Part shown: positions 33,082 through 43,041 of the stretch, piece after piece
Layout of the letters: every line of letters starts with the position of its first letter
Position numbering within the stretch: position 1 is the stretch's first letter
Assembly (NCBI GenBank): GCA_965205505.1
Contig: CBDBHB010000009.1
Coordinates: 256,001 to 320,000 of the forward strand
DNA from: Acidobacteriota bacterium
GTDB lineage: Bacteria > Acidobacteriota > UBA890 > WLXD01
Reading direction: 5' to 3'
DNA: 64,000 nt
Program-made: the position numbers and the translations under genes
The notes under the pieces: model-generated
Database searches by the model: none
Told to the model about the DNA's origin: nothing
Seen by the model: only the letters and a program-made list of their open reading frames with translations

Positions 33082-33840
33082 TCAGTCGCGTAGCACGAAG
33101 AGATTTGCTCGGTGCCATGCGAGCCGCTCCCTGTGCTTCTGTGTCAATGGAATAGGCTGCGTCCAGCGCAGCTCGGTTCGCGCCCGCTCAGTCAATACAG
33201 GTGAGTACTCCGGCCGCCCGTCGTCGTCGAAGGTCACCAATCCCTTGTCAAAGGCCGCGTCCCAAAGCGCTGAGAGAAGTAGGCCATTGCGAACGTCCAG
33301 CCGTTCGGCATCGTCGGGGCAGTCCTTCCACGGGATGATGTGCGAGGCACGCAGCAGTTCTGGGTCCGTGATTCCGGTCAGCGGACATCGACCCTGCCAG
33401 TAGGTCATCAGCCGGTCGCGAAAGATGTCCTGGCCGATTCGCTGGACGACGAGGCGCTCCGCCTCGGTGGTTTTCGGAAGGTTGTTTGTCTTGGCGCGAA
33501 ATGCCTCGAGCGGGCCGTCGGGCAACGCCACGCCAAGGGCATAGACCTTGGGCATCACGGCGTACAGTTCCTTTAGCGTGGCGAAGACATAGCGGGCAAG
33601 ACCGGGACCGGGCATGGTGGCTCGTGGATGCTCCAGTTCCTCGACCACGCCGGCGTGGTCCAGGGCGAGGAACCAGGGACCCGAAGATCCGGCGGCACCG
33701 AGCCTGATCGTGCCTTTCGCGGTGGTGGAGCCGTAACGCGCCCAGCCCTCTTGCTGCCCCAGGGGGCGGCGATAGCCGTTCTGCCAGGCGACCTTCTCGC
33801 ACTCCTCGGCGACGACGAAGCTCTGGGGTGTCTCGATCAC
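33082..33840 (-). CDS. HNH endonuclease (HNH_2, restriction-associated)
   Basis: RIGQDIFR...CPLTG...ASHIIPW...NGLLLSALWDAAFDKGL. The GTG start overlaps the upstream TGA. Confidence 0.9.
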   Translation of the reverse strand: MIETPQSFVVAEECEKVAWQNGYRRPLGQQEGWARYGSTTAKGTIRLGAAGSSGPWFLALDHAGVVEELEHPRATMPGPGLARYVFATLKELYAVMPKVYALGVALPDGPLEAFRAKTNNLPKTTEAERLVVQRIGQDIFRDRLMTYWQGRCPLTGITDPELLRASHIIPWKDCPDDAERLDVRNGLLLSALWDAAFDKGLVTFDDDGRPEYSPVLTERARTELRWTQPIPLTQKHRERLAWHRANLFVLRD

Positions 33841-33950
33841 AGACCGAGTTGCGTGAATTGCCCACTCGTCTCCATCCGGTCCCAGGCGGCAAGGACGAGA
33901 CGGCGGGTGCGGTATTCGCCGTGGTGCCGCATTTCCTTTTCCTTGAGCAC
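33837..33950 (-). pseudogene. C-terminus of an Eco57I-like DNA methyltransferase/R-M protein
   Basis: VLKEKEMRHHGEYRTRRLVLAAWDR. Confidence 0.75.
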
Positions 33951-34149
33951 GCGAGTGAGCGACCGAAGCGCGGCGTGCGATTCGGTGTCCACGTTTCCGC
34001 AGCGGGAGGCCTGAACCGGACCCCCGAGCGCGCCGCGAATCTCGGCTGCGAGGACGATGCAGATCATCCCGTGTCATTGATGATGTCGATGCGACGGGTG
34101 TGAATCGATCACACCCCATTCTGCGGCTCAGGAGAAATCGAGTTTTCCG

Positions 34150-34539
34150 CATGTCGGTCGCCGGGGCGACGCGCTCGATTTCCTCGTCGTCCGATAGTTT
34201 CAGCGTGGCCGCGTACTGCAGCCCGCAGGGATTGGGCCAGACGAGTCGTGTTAGCGCAACAACCCGTTAGATTCGCTTGTCGGAGTCCCAGCTTCCGCCT
34301 GGCTCCGCCGCCTCGGCGATGTAGCTGCACAACTCCCAGTAGTCTCGCGTCCGCCCAAGGGTGTAGCCGTAGCCAGGTGGCTCACAGGCATCAAATACCA
34401 GTTCGGCTCGATCTTCTCCGAGCTCACAGACCGCCACCCCGTTCGGCAGCTTTATGCGTGACGTCGGAACTGGAGGTAGCGAAACGTCGATAGGCATCGG
34501 GCTTCCCGTAACCATGAGGACATCCAGCCTTCGGATCAT
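34150..34539 (-). pseudogene. Paralog of the 15732 HEPN-type gene, N-terminal part with in-frame TAA at 34267
   Basis: ACEPPGY..WDSDKRI*RVVALTRL..GLQYAA..EIERV aligns with ACDPPGY..WDPDGRLQEVVALSRL..GLRYGA..EIERV. Confidence 0.75.
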
Positions 34540-34905
34540 CGTCTTCGGCCACCTTGTCCATAGTCACTCAGTCTGCCCCGAGGCTCGGTCAACGAGATGC
34601 TGTCTCGCTTTCTGTGAAAAAGGCGACGGTGACGGTCGTTGCCCCACTCTCGATGCCGCGACCCATACCCGCTACCGTTCGCAGGCCTAGCCATCGTTGT
34701 CCCGATCCATGCTCCGCTGGTACGCGCAATGGCTGCGCGGCACGCCATTGGGCTGCCGTGCTCCACTTCGTGGTCGCGATGTGCCTGAGCCTGGCCGCGA
34801 AACGGGGTCGGCCGGTTCCAATACCGGCCAGAAAACAGAGACTGCATCGTGCAGGAATTTTCGGGGACACCGCAGAGGTGTGCGGGCAGACAACGCCCCG
34901 GGCGG

Positions 34906-36720
34906 TCACGGCCGCTCCGGGTCGACTTTCCCCGTTTCCGCCGGAATGGACGCCGGGTCAATCCGCACGAGGTGTTCATCGCCGACGTGATAGACCGTGG
35001 CCCAAGGCGCCTCCTCGAAGAACGCTGCGAGTGATCGGCGGCTGGCGGCTGGTGCGGATCGGTGGATGGCGACCAGGTCGACGCCCAGCTCCGCGAGCAC
35101 GGCCACGCCCCGACTCTCCGGCAGGGCATTTAGCGCTTCCATCGTTTGTCTGAATCCGTGCGGTGAGGCTCCGCTGAATCCGTTCACCACGCGCGCCCAG
35201 TGGTGCGTGGAATCGAGCATGTAGACAGCTTCGGGCGTGGCGTAGGCGCGCAGGAAATAGTGAACCGGAAGGTGCACGACGACCGGCGCGCGTGTTTCAT
35301 CGCGCCAGAGTTGCGGAATCGCGACGTCCAGACGGCTGATCTCGTACGGCCGCGGCTCGAAGGGCAGCCGGATTGGATACACTTCCGCCAGGAACACCAG
35401 ACAGGCCAGTGAGATCATGATCCACGCGGAGCGGGCGCTCCGGCATCTTGCTGCGAGGGTCGCTGCCCCGGCCCCGGACAGAATCATGATGCCGAAATAG
35501 AGCAGAAGCGAGAAACGCTGCGTCGCGCGCAGGCCCTTGAGAAAGTCCAGTCCGGGCACTTCGGAAAGGTGGAACAAGGGCAGCCGCACTTGTTGTGAGG
35601 AGACGAATCCCTGCGCCAGTACAAAGCCGACGACGACCAGGCAGATCCCGGTCGCAATCCACCGTGTGTCAACGGTCCTCGGTGGCGCGTCCCCGTCTGG
35701 CGTCAGGTGCCACGGACGCCGGATCAGGAGTCCGGCCAGGGCAAGCGCGAGCGCCGTGTAGCCGACATATAGCGTCTGCTCGCCCCAGATCCAGGGGCCG
35801 GCCTGTCGCATCTGGCCGAGGAGCGTCGCCAACGGCGGTTCGAGGTAACTCGATACGGACACCCGTTCACCGGAAACGAGCGCGGCGGCGTAACGACTGC
35901 CGAGTGTCGTTTCCTCGAGGCTCCGGCGGTAGGGAATCGCCGTGGGGAGTATGACCGCGGCGCACAATGCAGCGGCCGCGGCGGCGCTCGCCGCGTGTCT
36001 GAGCGTCAGTCGTTGCCGGCCGATCTGCAGGACCGACAGCACCAGGACCAGGATCGTCGTGATCACCGCGTGGTACCAGCTCACGAGCGCCTGAGCGACG
36101 AAGCAGGCGGACAATGCTAGCGTCCGCGCACCCGTCGGGGACCGCAGGAAACGGATAAGGGTGGCGGCGACGAACGGCATCCATTGGAAGGAGAGCACAT
36201 GCAGGTGCCCGATATGGTGGATCCTGAAGAACAGGAATGCCCAGAAGATGCCTGCCCAGAAGCCCGCCTGATGAGACCCGGTCACCTCCCGCATGAACCA
36301 GTAGCCGCCGACGCAGGAGAGATAGTAGGCGAGGAAGATGAGCAGGTTGTAGCCGAACCACGGGCTGTCGGACAGAATCGAGAGAGGCGCGTTGATGACA
36401 GCGAGCGACAGCATGTGGTCGGTCAAGGCGACCACGTTGGGGTGCGGGTGGAACGTGTTTCCGTTGAACAGATTCAGTGGGTCGGTATAGAGGGCACGCG
36501 ACACCCACTGCAACTGCCAGTTCATCAACGCGGGGTCGCCCTCGAGGATGGCGTGGCTGTCGAGGTCGGTGAGCAGGAAGACCCTGGAGCAGAAGAGCGC
36601 CGACAACCCGAGGAACACAGCGTTGACAGCCAGCAGACCGCTTCCCGCCAGCGAGGCGGCGATCCCGTCGGCGCGATGACTGTGCGGCGAGCCGACCGCG
36701 GGCGCCGACGGGGCGATCAC
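34906..36720 (-). CDS. Multi-TM GT-C-like membrane protein (YfhO-related)
   Basis: GDPALMNWQLQW..NTFHPHPN..DHML; LYVG; STHHW..VNGFSG. Confidence 0.75.
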   Translation of the reverse strand: MIAPSAPAVGSPHSHRADGIAASLAGSGLLAVNAVFLGLSALFCSRVFLLTDLDSHAILEGDPALMNWQLQWVSRALYTDPLNLFNGNTFHPHPNVVALTDHMLSLAVINAPLSILSDSPWFGYNLLIFLAYYLSCVGGYWFMREVTGSHQAGFWAGIFWAFLFFRIHHIGHLHVLSFQWMPFVAATLIRFLRSPTGARTLALSACFVAQALVSWYHAVITTILVLVLSVLQIGRQRLTLRHAASAAAAAALCAAVILPTAIPYRRSLEETTLGSRYAAALVSGERVSVSSYLEPPLATLLGQMRQAGPWIWGEQTLYVGYTALALALAGLLIRRPWHLTPDGDAPPRTVDTRWIATGICLVVVGFVLAQGFVSSQQVRLPLFHLSEVPGLDFLKGLRATQRFSLLLYFGIMILSGAGAATLAARCRSARSAWIMISLACLVFLAEVYPIRLPFEPRPYEISRLDVAIPQLWRDETRAPVVVHLPVHYFLRAYATPEAVYMLDSTHHWARVVNGFSGASPHGFRQTMEALNALPESRGVAVLAELGVDLVAIHRSAPAASRRSLAAFFEEAPWATVYHVGDEHLVRIDPASIPAETGKVDPERP

Positions 36721-36894
36721 AGCGAATCGTTCATGATAACGCGTTGAATGGTTAGTAGCTTATCGGTAGAGATTCTAGCAAGAATAGCAACCCGGTGTCC
36801 CATTAATCGGCCGACGCCTCAGACCGCTCGAGGCATCCGGCCAACGCGACCGGTTCGTGTCTCGGTGGTTCAACCTCGCGACAATCCATCCCCG

Positions 36895-36979
36895 ACTTCT
36901 TACGAGGCGCTGAGAAAGGACGCGGCGCTCGCCCGCGATGTGACCACCACGCTGCTCGAGGAACACTTCCCGGAGACCA
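36895..36979 (+). pseudogene. Short fragment resembling phosphorothioate-dependent SBD-HNH restriction enzymes
   Basis: YEALRKDAALARDVTTTLLEEHFPET; short match only. Confidence 0.35.
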
Positions 36980-37698
36980 ACCGTGAAGCGCCGTGCCAGC
37001 ACGTTGGGCGCCGCTGACCGGCCAGGTGTGGGCCGTGTTGTCACCCGGAACCGACGGGGTTGGCGAGCTCGAAGTCCTTCCTGGCGCATCAGCCGAGCTA
37101 CCCGCTTGCGAGAGCAGCGGATCCCTCGTTGCCGAAGTTGCTTGTGGATGCGCGGACTTCCGTAACGGTCGCGGCTCTCTCGGAATGCAGCTCTGATCTG
37201 CACACGTAGACGGCGATCTTCTCGCGCTCTCGGGCTCGGCCCCCTTCCTCGCCACTCGTAGTAACCGCCGTGAGACACCTCGAGCATCTTGCACAACCGC
37301 CGCACCGGGAACTTGCCGGACAGTTGCTTGATGATCGGGTACTTCATCGCGGGCGTTCCGAGAAGATCGCCAACGCTTTTTTTAGAATGTCGCGCTCCTG
37401 CCGTACTCGCCGCAGGTGCCGCCGTAGCTGTTGCCCGTCCAGGTCCTGGTCGGGCATCTTCCCCGCGCCCGGAAACGCCGTGACCCCCTGCTCCTGGAGC
37501 TGTTTGCGCCACTTGGTCAACATGCCGCGGCCAACACCCAGATCCCGGGCCACCTCAGACACCGGATGGCCCAGCTGCGTCACCATCCTCACTGCCTCAA
37601 TCTTGAACTCGCGACTGTACCGCCGTCGTGACCCCATGCTTCACCTCCGAGCCCATTATCGGGCTTCCAAAGGTGTCCGGGAAATCGGGGGAGGCCCA
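36980..37698 (-). mobile_element. IS3-family element, 5' half (orfA 37344-37637 plus orfB N-terminus)
   Basis: IR TGGGCCTCCCCCGATTTCCCGGACAC; orfB ends at APNVLARRFTV. Confidence 0.88.
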
Positions 37699-38067
37699 GT
37701 GCGCCAGCAAGGGATCCTTGGGGACACCCGCGCCATTGGCGTAGCTAAGTCCGAGGTCGTACTGCGCACGGGCGTGGCCCTTCTTGGCGGCTAGTCGGTA
37801 CAAACGCACCGCCTCGGCCTCGTCCTGGAGGACGCCCTCACCATTGGCGTACATAACCCCGAGTGTGTACTGCGTAGGAGCCTGGCCCCGCTCGGCGGCC
37901 AGTCGGTACCAGCGCACCACTTCGGCTTCATCTTGGGCGACGCCTTCGCCTCTGGCGTACATGCGCCCGAGGTCGAGCCGCGCACGCGCAAGGCCCTTGT
38001 CCGCAGCTAGGCGAAACAGGCGCACCGCCTCAGCCTCATCCTTGAGGACGCCTTCACCTTTAGCGTA
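37699..38067 (-). pseudogene. Sel1-repeat protein, internal fragment
   Basis: Three repeats of the GEGV..DEAEAVR.YRLAA..G type. Confidence 0.88.
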
Positions 38068-38296
38068 GGGAATTATACCGTTGACAAACCCTGAGCGGGC
38101 TTTGCTAGCTCCCCTTCTTCTTTTTCGCCCGCTTCTCCGCTGCCAGAACCTTGCTTCCCGGAACCCGCATGAAAGCACCCAGCGCCTGTTCCGGCGATAG
38201 CGGATGCATGCTCAACCTGCCTCCTGACGCTGCGCGGTCGAACTTCTTGTCCTGACGCTTCTGCTTCTTGGGCGTGCGCTGTCTAGACGATTTCAC
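38068..38296 (-). mobile_element. Probable IS1595-family (ISNwi1-type) end with a small basic ORF (38105-38296)
   Basis: GGGAATTATACCGTTGAC (GGnnATTAT) lies exactly at the Sel1 breakpoint. No transposase remains. Confidence 0.45.
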
Positions 38297-38466
38297 GGGT
38301 CCACCTCCTGCCAGTGCGCGAGTTTCCTGCTCGGGGATGGTAGGGTCAGCGCCGCACACGCACGACCTGTCGTCCGCGAGAGCGGGAATACCGCGGGAAC
38401 CGCGATCGGTTGTGGTGTGCAAGGCCCGGCACCTATTGCCGGACTTTCCACCAGGAGGCCCCCCTG

Positions 38467-39003
38467 ATGGGACGCCGAATGATCTGCGCAGCCACTCTCG
38501 TTCTGACGCTCGCTACACCGGTTGTTAGCGCTCAAGAGGATGTGCGCGCGCTGAAAGGGACGATGGACTGGGGCAATCCTGACCGCATCGAGTCTCGACC
38601 CGATGGCCTGACTATCCTGACCTACAATCTCAGCGACGAGGCAGTCGGTCAGTTCCGTGGAAAAAAGAGTGTCTTTGCCTACATCACCTACGCGTCGATC
38701 AGCCGGCCTAGTCTTAGCAACGGGTTCGGTGTATTCGACCTCACGCCGCTTGAATTCGCTCGCTACTACTACTCGCTGGCAGTGGCAAACTTTGGCACCA
38801 GGACCGCCCGCGGAACCTTTACCTTGAAACTCTCCGGGCCTACCCGGTGGACGCGAACCTTCCCGAACACGACCGTATCGGGACGGACCTTCACGGTCCT
38901 GTACTACCAGGGAGAACCGCTGAACCGAACCGGGAACTACCTGCTGAAGGGCACGTTCAAAGGCGCAGGATCTACAAAGTCGCGATTTTGCGCTGGTTGT
39001 TAA
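38467..39003 (+). CDS. Secreted hypothetical protein
   Basis: AGGAGG RBS; signal peptide ending VVSA; beta-rich body. Confidence 0.7.
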   Translation: MGRRMICAATLVLTLATPVVSAQEDVRALKGTMDWGNPDRIESRPDGLTILTYNLSDEAVGQFRGKKSVFAYITYASISRPSLSNGFGVFDLTPLEFARYYYSLAVANFGTRTARGTFTLKLSGPTRWTRTFPNTTVSGRTFTVLYYQGEPLNRTGNYLLKGTFKGAGSTKSRFCAGC

Positions 39004-39385
39004 ACAACGGATAAAGTAACCAATGCCAAGCACAGGTCAGAAATGCACACCAATCGGGGATCTATCAGAGCGACTGTGCATGCTGCTCGCAGATTGCCAT
39101 CGTTTCTCCTTGGGTGCGCTGAGCAGCCCGCCTTGACTCAGAGCACGACACCAACTGCACGACCGGCAACAATATTGAGTCTGAAAATCGGCGTGAAGGC
39201 ACAGGCGGGTTGCCTAAGTGCGCCGAGTGTAAGCGGATTCAGGGACTGTAGTAGCAAAGACAATTTCCCAGTAGGGTCCCGTCGGCTCACCGTCGATCAT
39301 GCCCCAAATACGGCGCAGATCAGACACGGGCAAGTCGTACGCACTAGTTCGATGGCAAAGTTCGGAAAGGCGCTGGGCACAACCG

Positions 39386-40039
39386 GGATGCCGTGGACAG
39401 CGTCTGGGTGGGCGACCTGACATACCTGTGGAGGCAGGAAGGATGGCTATACCTGGCCGTGCTGATGGATCTGTGCTCGCGACGGATCATCGGCTGGGCG
39501 GTGAGCGAGACGATGACGGACGATTTGACGCTGGCGGTCCTGGATCAGGCCTTGGAGCAACGCCGTCCCGGTTCCGGAGTGCTCCATCACAGCGACCGCG
39601 GCAGCCAGTACAGCAGCGACGATTACCTAGACAAGCTGCGTGACCGTGGCTTCACCATCAGCATGAGCAGGAAAGGAGACTGCTGGGATAACGCGCCGAT
39701 GGAGAGTTTCTTCTGTACCCTGAAGTTCGAACTCGGTGGCTGCTTCAGTTCCCGGGCGGCGGCCCGAGCCGAGTTGTTCCACTACATCGAAGTGTTCTAC
39801 AACCGGGCTCGCATGCACACCTCGATCGGAGACCAGAGTCCGGCTCAGTTCGAGGCGGCAATGCGGCGGCCAGGTCAGAGCGGCCAATCAGCTGTGGAAG
39901 CTGACGCGCCCGTGGAAATCGACTCCCGATTTCCACCGTCGCTTGGACAACGCTCCGCGTTGCCAACAGCTCCCACAGCCGCTAATACGACTACGACAAT
40001 GGATCTTAACTAAGTGTCCGGGAAAGCGGGGCAAGGTCA
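39386..40039 (+). mobile_element. IS3-family element, 3' half (orfB DDE core plus IR)
   Basis: VWVGDLTY, HHSDRGSQY, CWDNAPMESFF; IR GTGTCCGGGAAAGCGGGGCAAGGTCA matches the IR at 37698. Confidence 0.9.
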
Positions 40040-40516
40040 ATCTCGCGTGCCCCGGTCGGGTCTGTGCGGATCGCGCTCGAAGCCAAGGCGGCGATGGCGA
40101 AACTCCAGTCGTCGATCCCTAGGCTCTACGACGAGCTCAACTCAAGTCACTTGACGATTCACGGTGCATCGGACAACGTGATCGCGATCGGGTACTCGCT
40201 CGTCAACGCGGCGCTTCGTTTTCTGAGCCCGCCACTCAACCGATACTCGCTCGCAACGTACCCGCGTCGGTATCGGGACATGAAGCCCGGCGAAGCAGGT
40301 CTCGTGGTCGACAAGATCCGGGACATGCCACGGCGGAACCGGCCCGGCATGGAGGGCTTTGACGCGCTTGGGATTACTGTCATCAGATTTGAGAATACCG
40401 GCGCGCCAGTCACGCTGGTGCGAGCCGCTCCCGCTCCACCTGCCAATGATCTGTTCCACTACGAGAGTATGATTCGCAGGGCCTCTAGCCTGTACCAGTC
40501 AAGATTCGTCCAATAG
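40040..40516 (+). pseudogene. PD-(D/E)XK-like endonuclease, 5'-truncated by IS3
   Basis: RIALEAK (E-x-K) followed by PRLYDELNSSH; the frame is open back to the IS end. Confidence 0.5.
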
Positions 40517-40688
40517 ACGTCGGCGGAGGGCCGCTAGCCACCACGGTTTCATCACAGCTGCGACTCTCTGAGATGAGGCCGATCGCGTTACGCCTGCTGA
40601 GATGGACGTGATTCGCGGGCCAGCAACATCAGTGAGCTGTGTGTAACCCTGATCGTCGACTCGAGGACACGCCGCCAGGAGACACCGG
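40517..40688 (+). ncRNA. Candidate RT-associated structured RNA
   Basis: Nested complementary segments and a CTGAGATG direct repeat. Folded by eye only. Confidence 0.3.
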
Positions 40689-41789
40689 ATGAGGCTTGAG
40701 CGTTTGGCAAGCCGACCCAATCTCAGGCTGGCGTGGCGTCGGATCACAACCGGGGGCAACCACCAGTACAAGCGACTCTATCGCAGTCTCTACTACGCGT
40801 ATGAGGCTGCGCTCGAAGCCAACATTCGCGATTTGCGGACGCGGATCCTGGGCGGCACCTTCTCGCCTCGTCATCCTGAACGCATCTTTGTTCCGAAGCC
40901 GTCCGGGCTCCACCGTCCTCTCGGCCTGTTGGGCATCGAAGACCAGATTGTCCTTCAAGCGTTCGCGAATCTCGCGGCGAAGAAGTTGCAGCGTCGCCGA
41001 GTACCGCTCCAGTTCGAGGTCGTCTTCAGTAACATCCTGCAGAACCAGGACAGTATTTTCTTCTTTCGTCGTTGGCAGGATACCTACGCAGCGTTCCAAC
41101 GGAGGATTCGCCAGCACTATGAAGACGGCCTGCGATGGGTCGGGGATTTCGACCTTGCCGCGTTTTACGACACCATCTCCCACGAACTACTGCTGCGGAC
41201 CATCTACCCGCAGACGCAAAACGAAGACCTGAGGTGGATGGCGGACTGCCTGCAAACGTGGAGCTCGGTTCGAGCATCCTCTAGACACGGCCACGGCCTG
41301 CCCCAAGGGCCTATCGCGTCTGACCTTCTGGCCGAGTGCTTCCTCCTGCCAATCGATGTGGCGCTCAGGGAGCAGCGAGGGTACACGCGGTACGTGGACG
41401 ACTTTCGACTGTTCGGTGACACAGAACATGAGGTTCGAGCGGACCTGATCGAACTTGAGCGCCATTCGCGTGAACGGGGGTTGATACCGCAGACCGGCAA
41501 GTTCGCCATCAAGCGGTCGCGGACCTTGCAGGACGCGATGGGAATGCTGCCCAGCATCGCGGACCCACAACATGTGGCGGGTACTGAGCCAATCGACAAA
41601 GCCCTCGCCAGGTCGTTATTCCGCACCGCGATCAGTGGCAGACCGTACAAGGTTACCGACAAGACTCGCCTGCGCTATGTCCTCTACCGCGCCGAACCGG
41701 ACAACGACCTCCTGAGGCGGGTATTGACTCTGGTTCCGCGTCACCCGGAACACGCCGACGTGTTCTTTTCGTACCTGGGCCTGACCTGA
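40689..41789 (+). pseudogene. Reverse transcriptase, UG/Abi (DRT-like) lineage, C-terminus cut by IS407
   Basis: VPKPSG..RP, EDQIV, FDLAAFYDTISH, GLPQGPIAS, RYVDDFRLF; helical C-terminal extension; AGGAG RBS. The stop codon comes from the IS end. Confidence 0.9.
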
Positions 41790-43041
41790 CCCCACGGTTA
41801 GTACCACGTCTTATCTCAGTAACTCGGTGCTGACAAGGGGTTGTTGAGGCCGGCGAAGCGGAGCGTAGCCGGCTTCAACAACAGCGCCTCCGGGGCCGGT
41901 GGTCGGTAGCCCAACGAGCTGTGCGGTCGCATGCGGTTGTACTGCTGCCTCCATCTCTCGATCAGAACCTTTGCCTCCTTGAGCGTGTAGAAGATCTCGC
42001 CGTTGAGCAGCTCGTCTCGGAGCTTGCCGTTGAAGCTCTCCACGTAGCCGTTCTCCCACGGCGAGCCCGGCTCGATGAACAGCGTGCCCACACCGAGCCT
42101 ACCGAGCCAGTCGCGAACCGCCTCGGCGGTGAACTCCGGTCCGTTATCGGACCGGATGTGCTCAGGTATGCCCCGGTGCACGAACAACCACCCGAGCCGC
42201 TCGAGCACGTCCTCACAGTTGAGCTTCCGTGCCACGTCGATCGCCAGGCTTTCTCGTGTGTACTCATCGACGATCGTCAGCAGCCTCATAGCCCGACCCT
42301 CGTGCGTCCGGTGATGAACGAAGTCATACGCCCAGACGTGATCTTTGCGCTGTGGTCGCAGCCGGATGCACGAGCCATCGCTGAGCCACAGCCGGGCTCG
42401 TTTGGGCTGCTTTGTCGGTACTTTCAGCCCCTCACGCCTCCAGATACGCTGCACTCGTTTGTGGTTCACCCACCAGCCCTCCATACGCAACAACGCCGTC
42501 ACTCGCCGATACCCGTAGCGCCCGTATTGTCGGGCTAGATCCACGATCCGCTCCGTCAACATCTGCTCATCGCCCGGTTCTCTTGGCATGTACCTGTGTG
42601 TCGTGCGTGGTTGTTTCAGTACCCGGCACGCCCGCCTCTCGGAGACGCCCAGCCGCCCCTGTACATGCGCCACCGCCTCGCGCCGTCGAGCTGGGCTCAG
42701 AAGTTTCCCTCCGCGACTTCCTTCAGGATCGACAGGTCGAGCTCTTTCTCCGCCACCAGTTTCTTGAGCCGGGCGTTTTCTTTCTCCAGCTGCTTGAGCC
42801 TTCTGGCCTGGTTGACCTTCAGCCCCCCGTACTCCCGCCGCCACCGATAGTAGGTGTGCTCGGTGATCGCTAGCTTGCGGCAGGCATCCTTGACCGTCCC
42901 GCCTTGCGCCAGCTCCACTTCAGCCTCCCGGAGCTTGCGTACGATCTGCTCGGCGCTGTGCCTCTTCGTCGGCATTCTGACCTCCCCTTTTCGACCCAGA
43001 TCGTGAGATTACCTCTGGATCCGTTTTGGGGGGTCAGGTCA
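41782..43041 (-). mobile_element. IS407-group element, complete, 1260 bp (copy 1)
   Basis: TGACCTGACCCC...GGGGTCAGGTCA; orfA 42697-42975; orfB extends to 41816. Confidence 0.95.

Noticed and set aside
33082-34152. 356-aa HNH protein as given in the ORF track
   Set aside because: The first ~100 codons cross a repeat and an MTase remnant in another frame. The GTG at 33840 is the coupled start.
40689-41789. Group II intron, retron or DGR reverse transcriptase
   Set aside because: No YADD or recognisable intron ends, no retron VTG motif, and no TR/VR pair or Avd gene seen. The truncation limits certainty.
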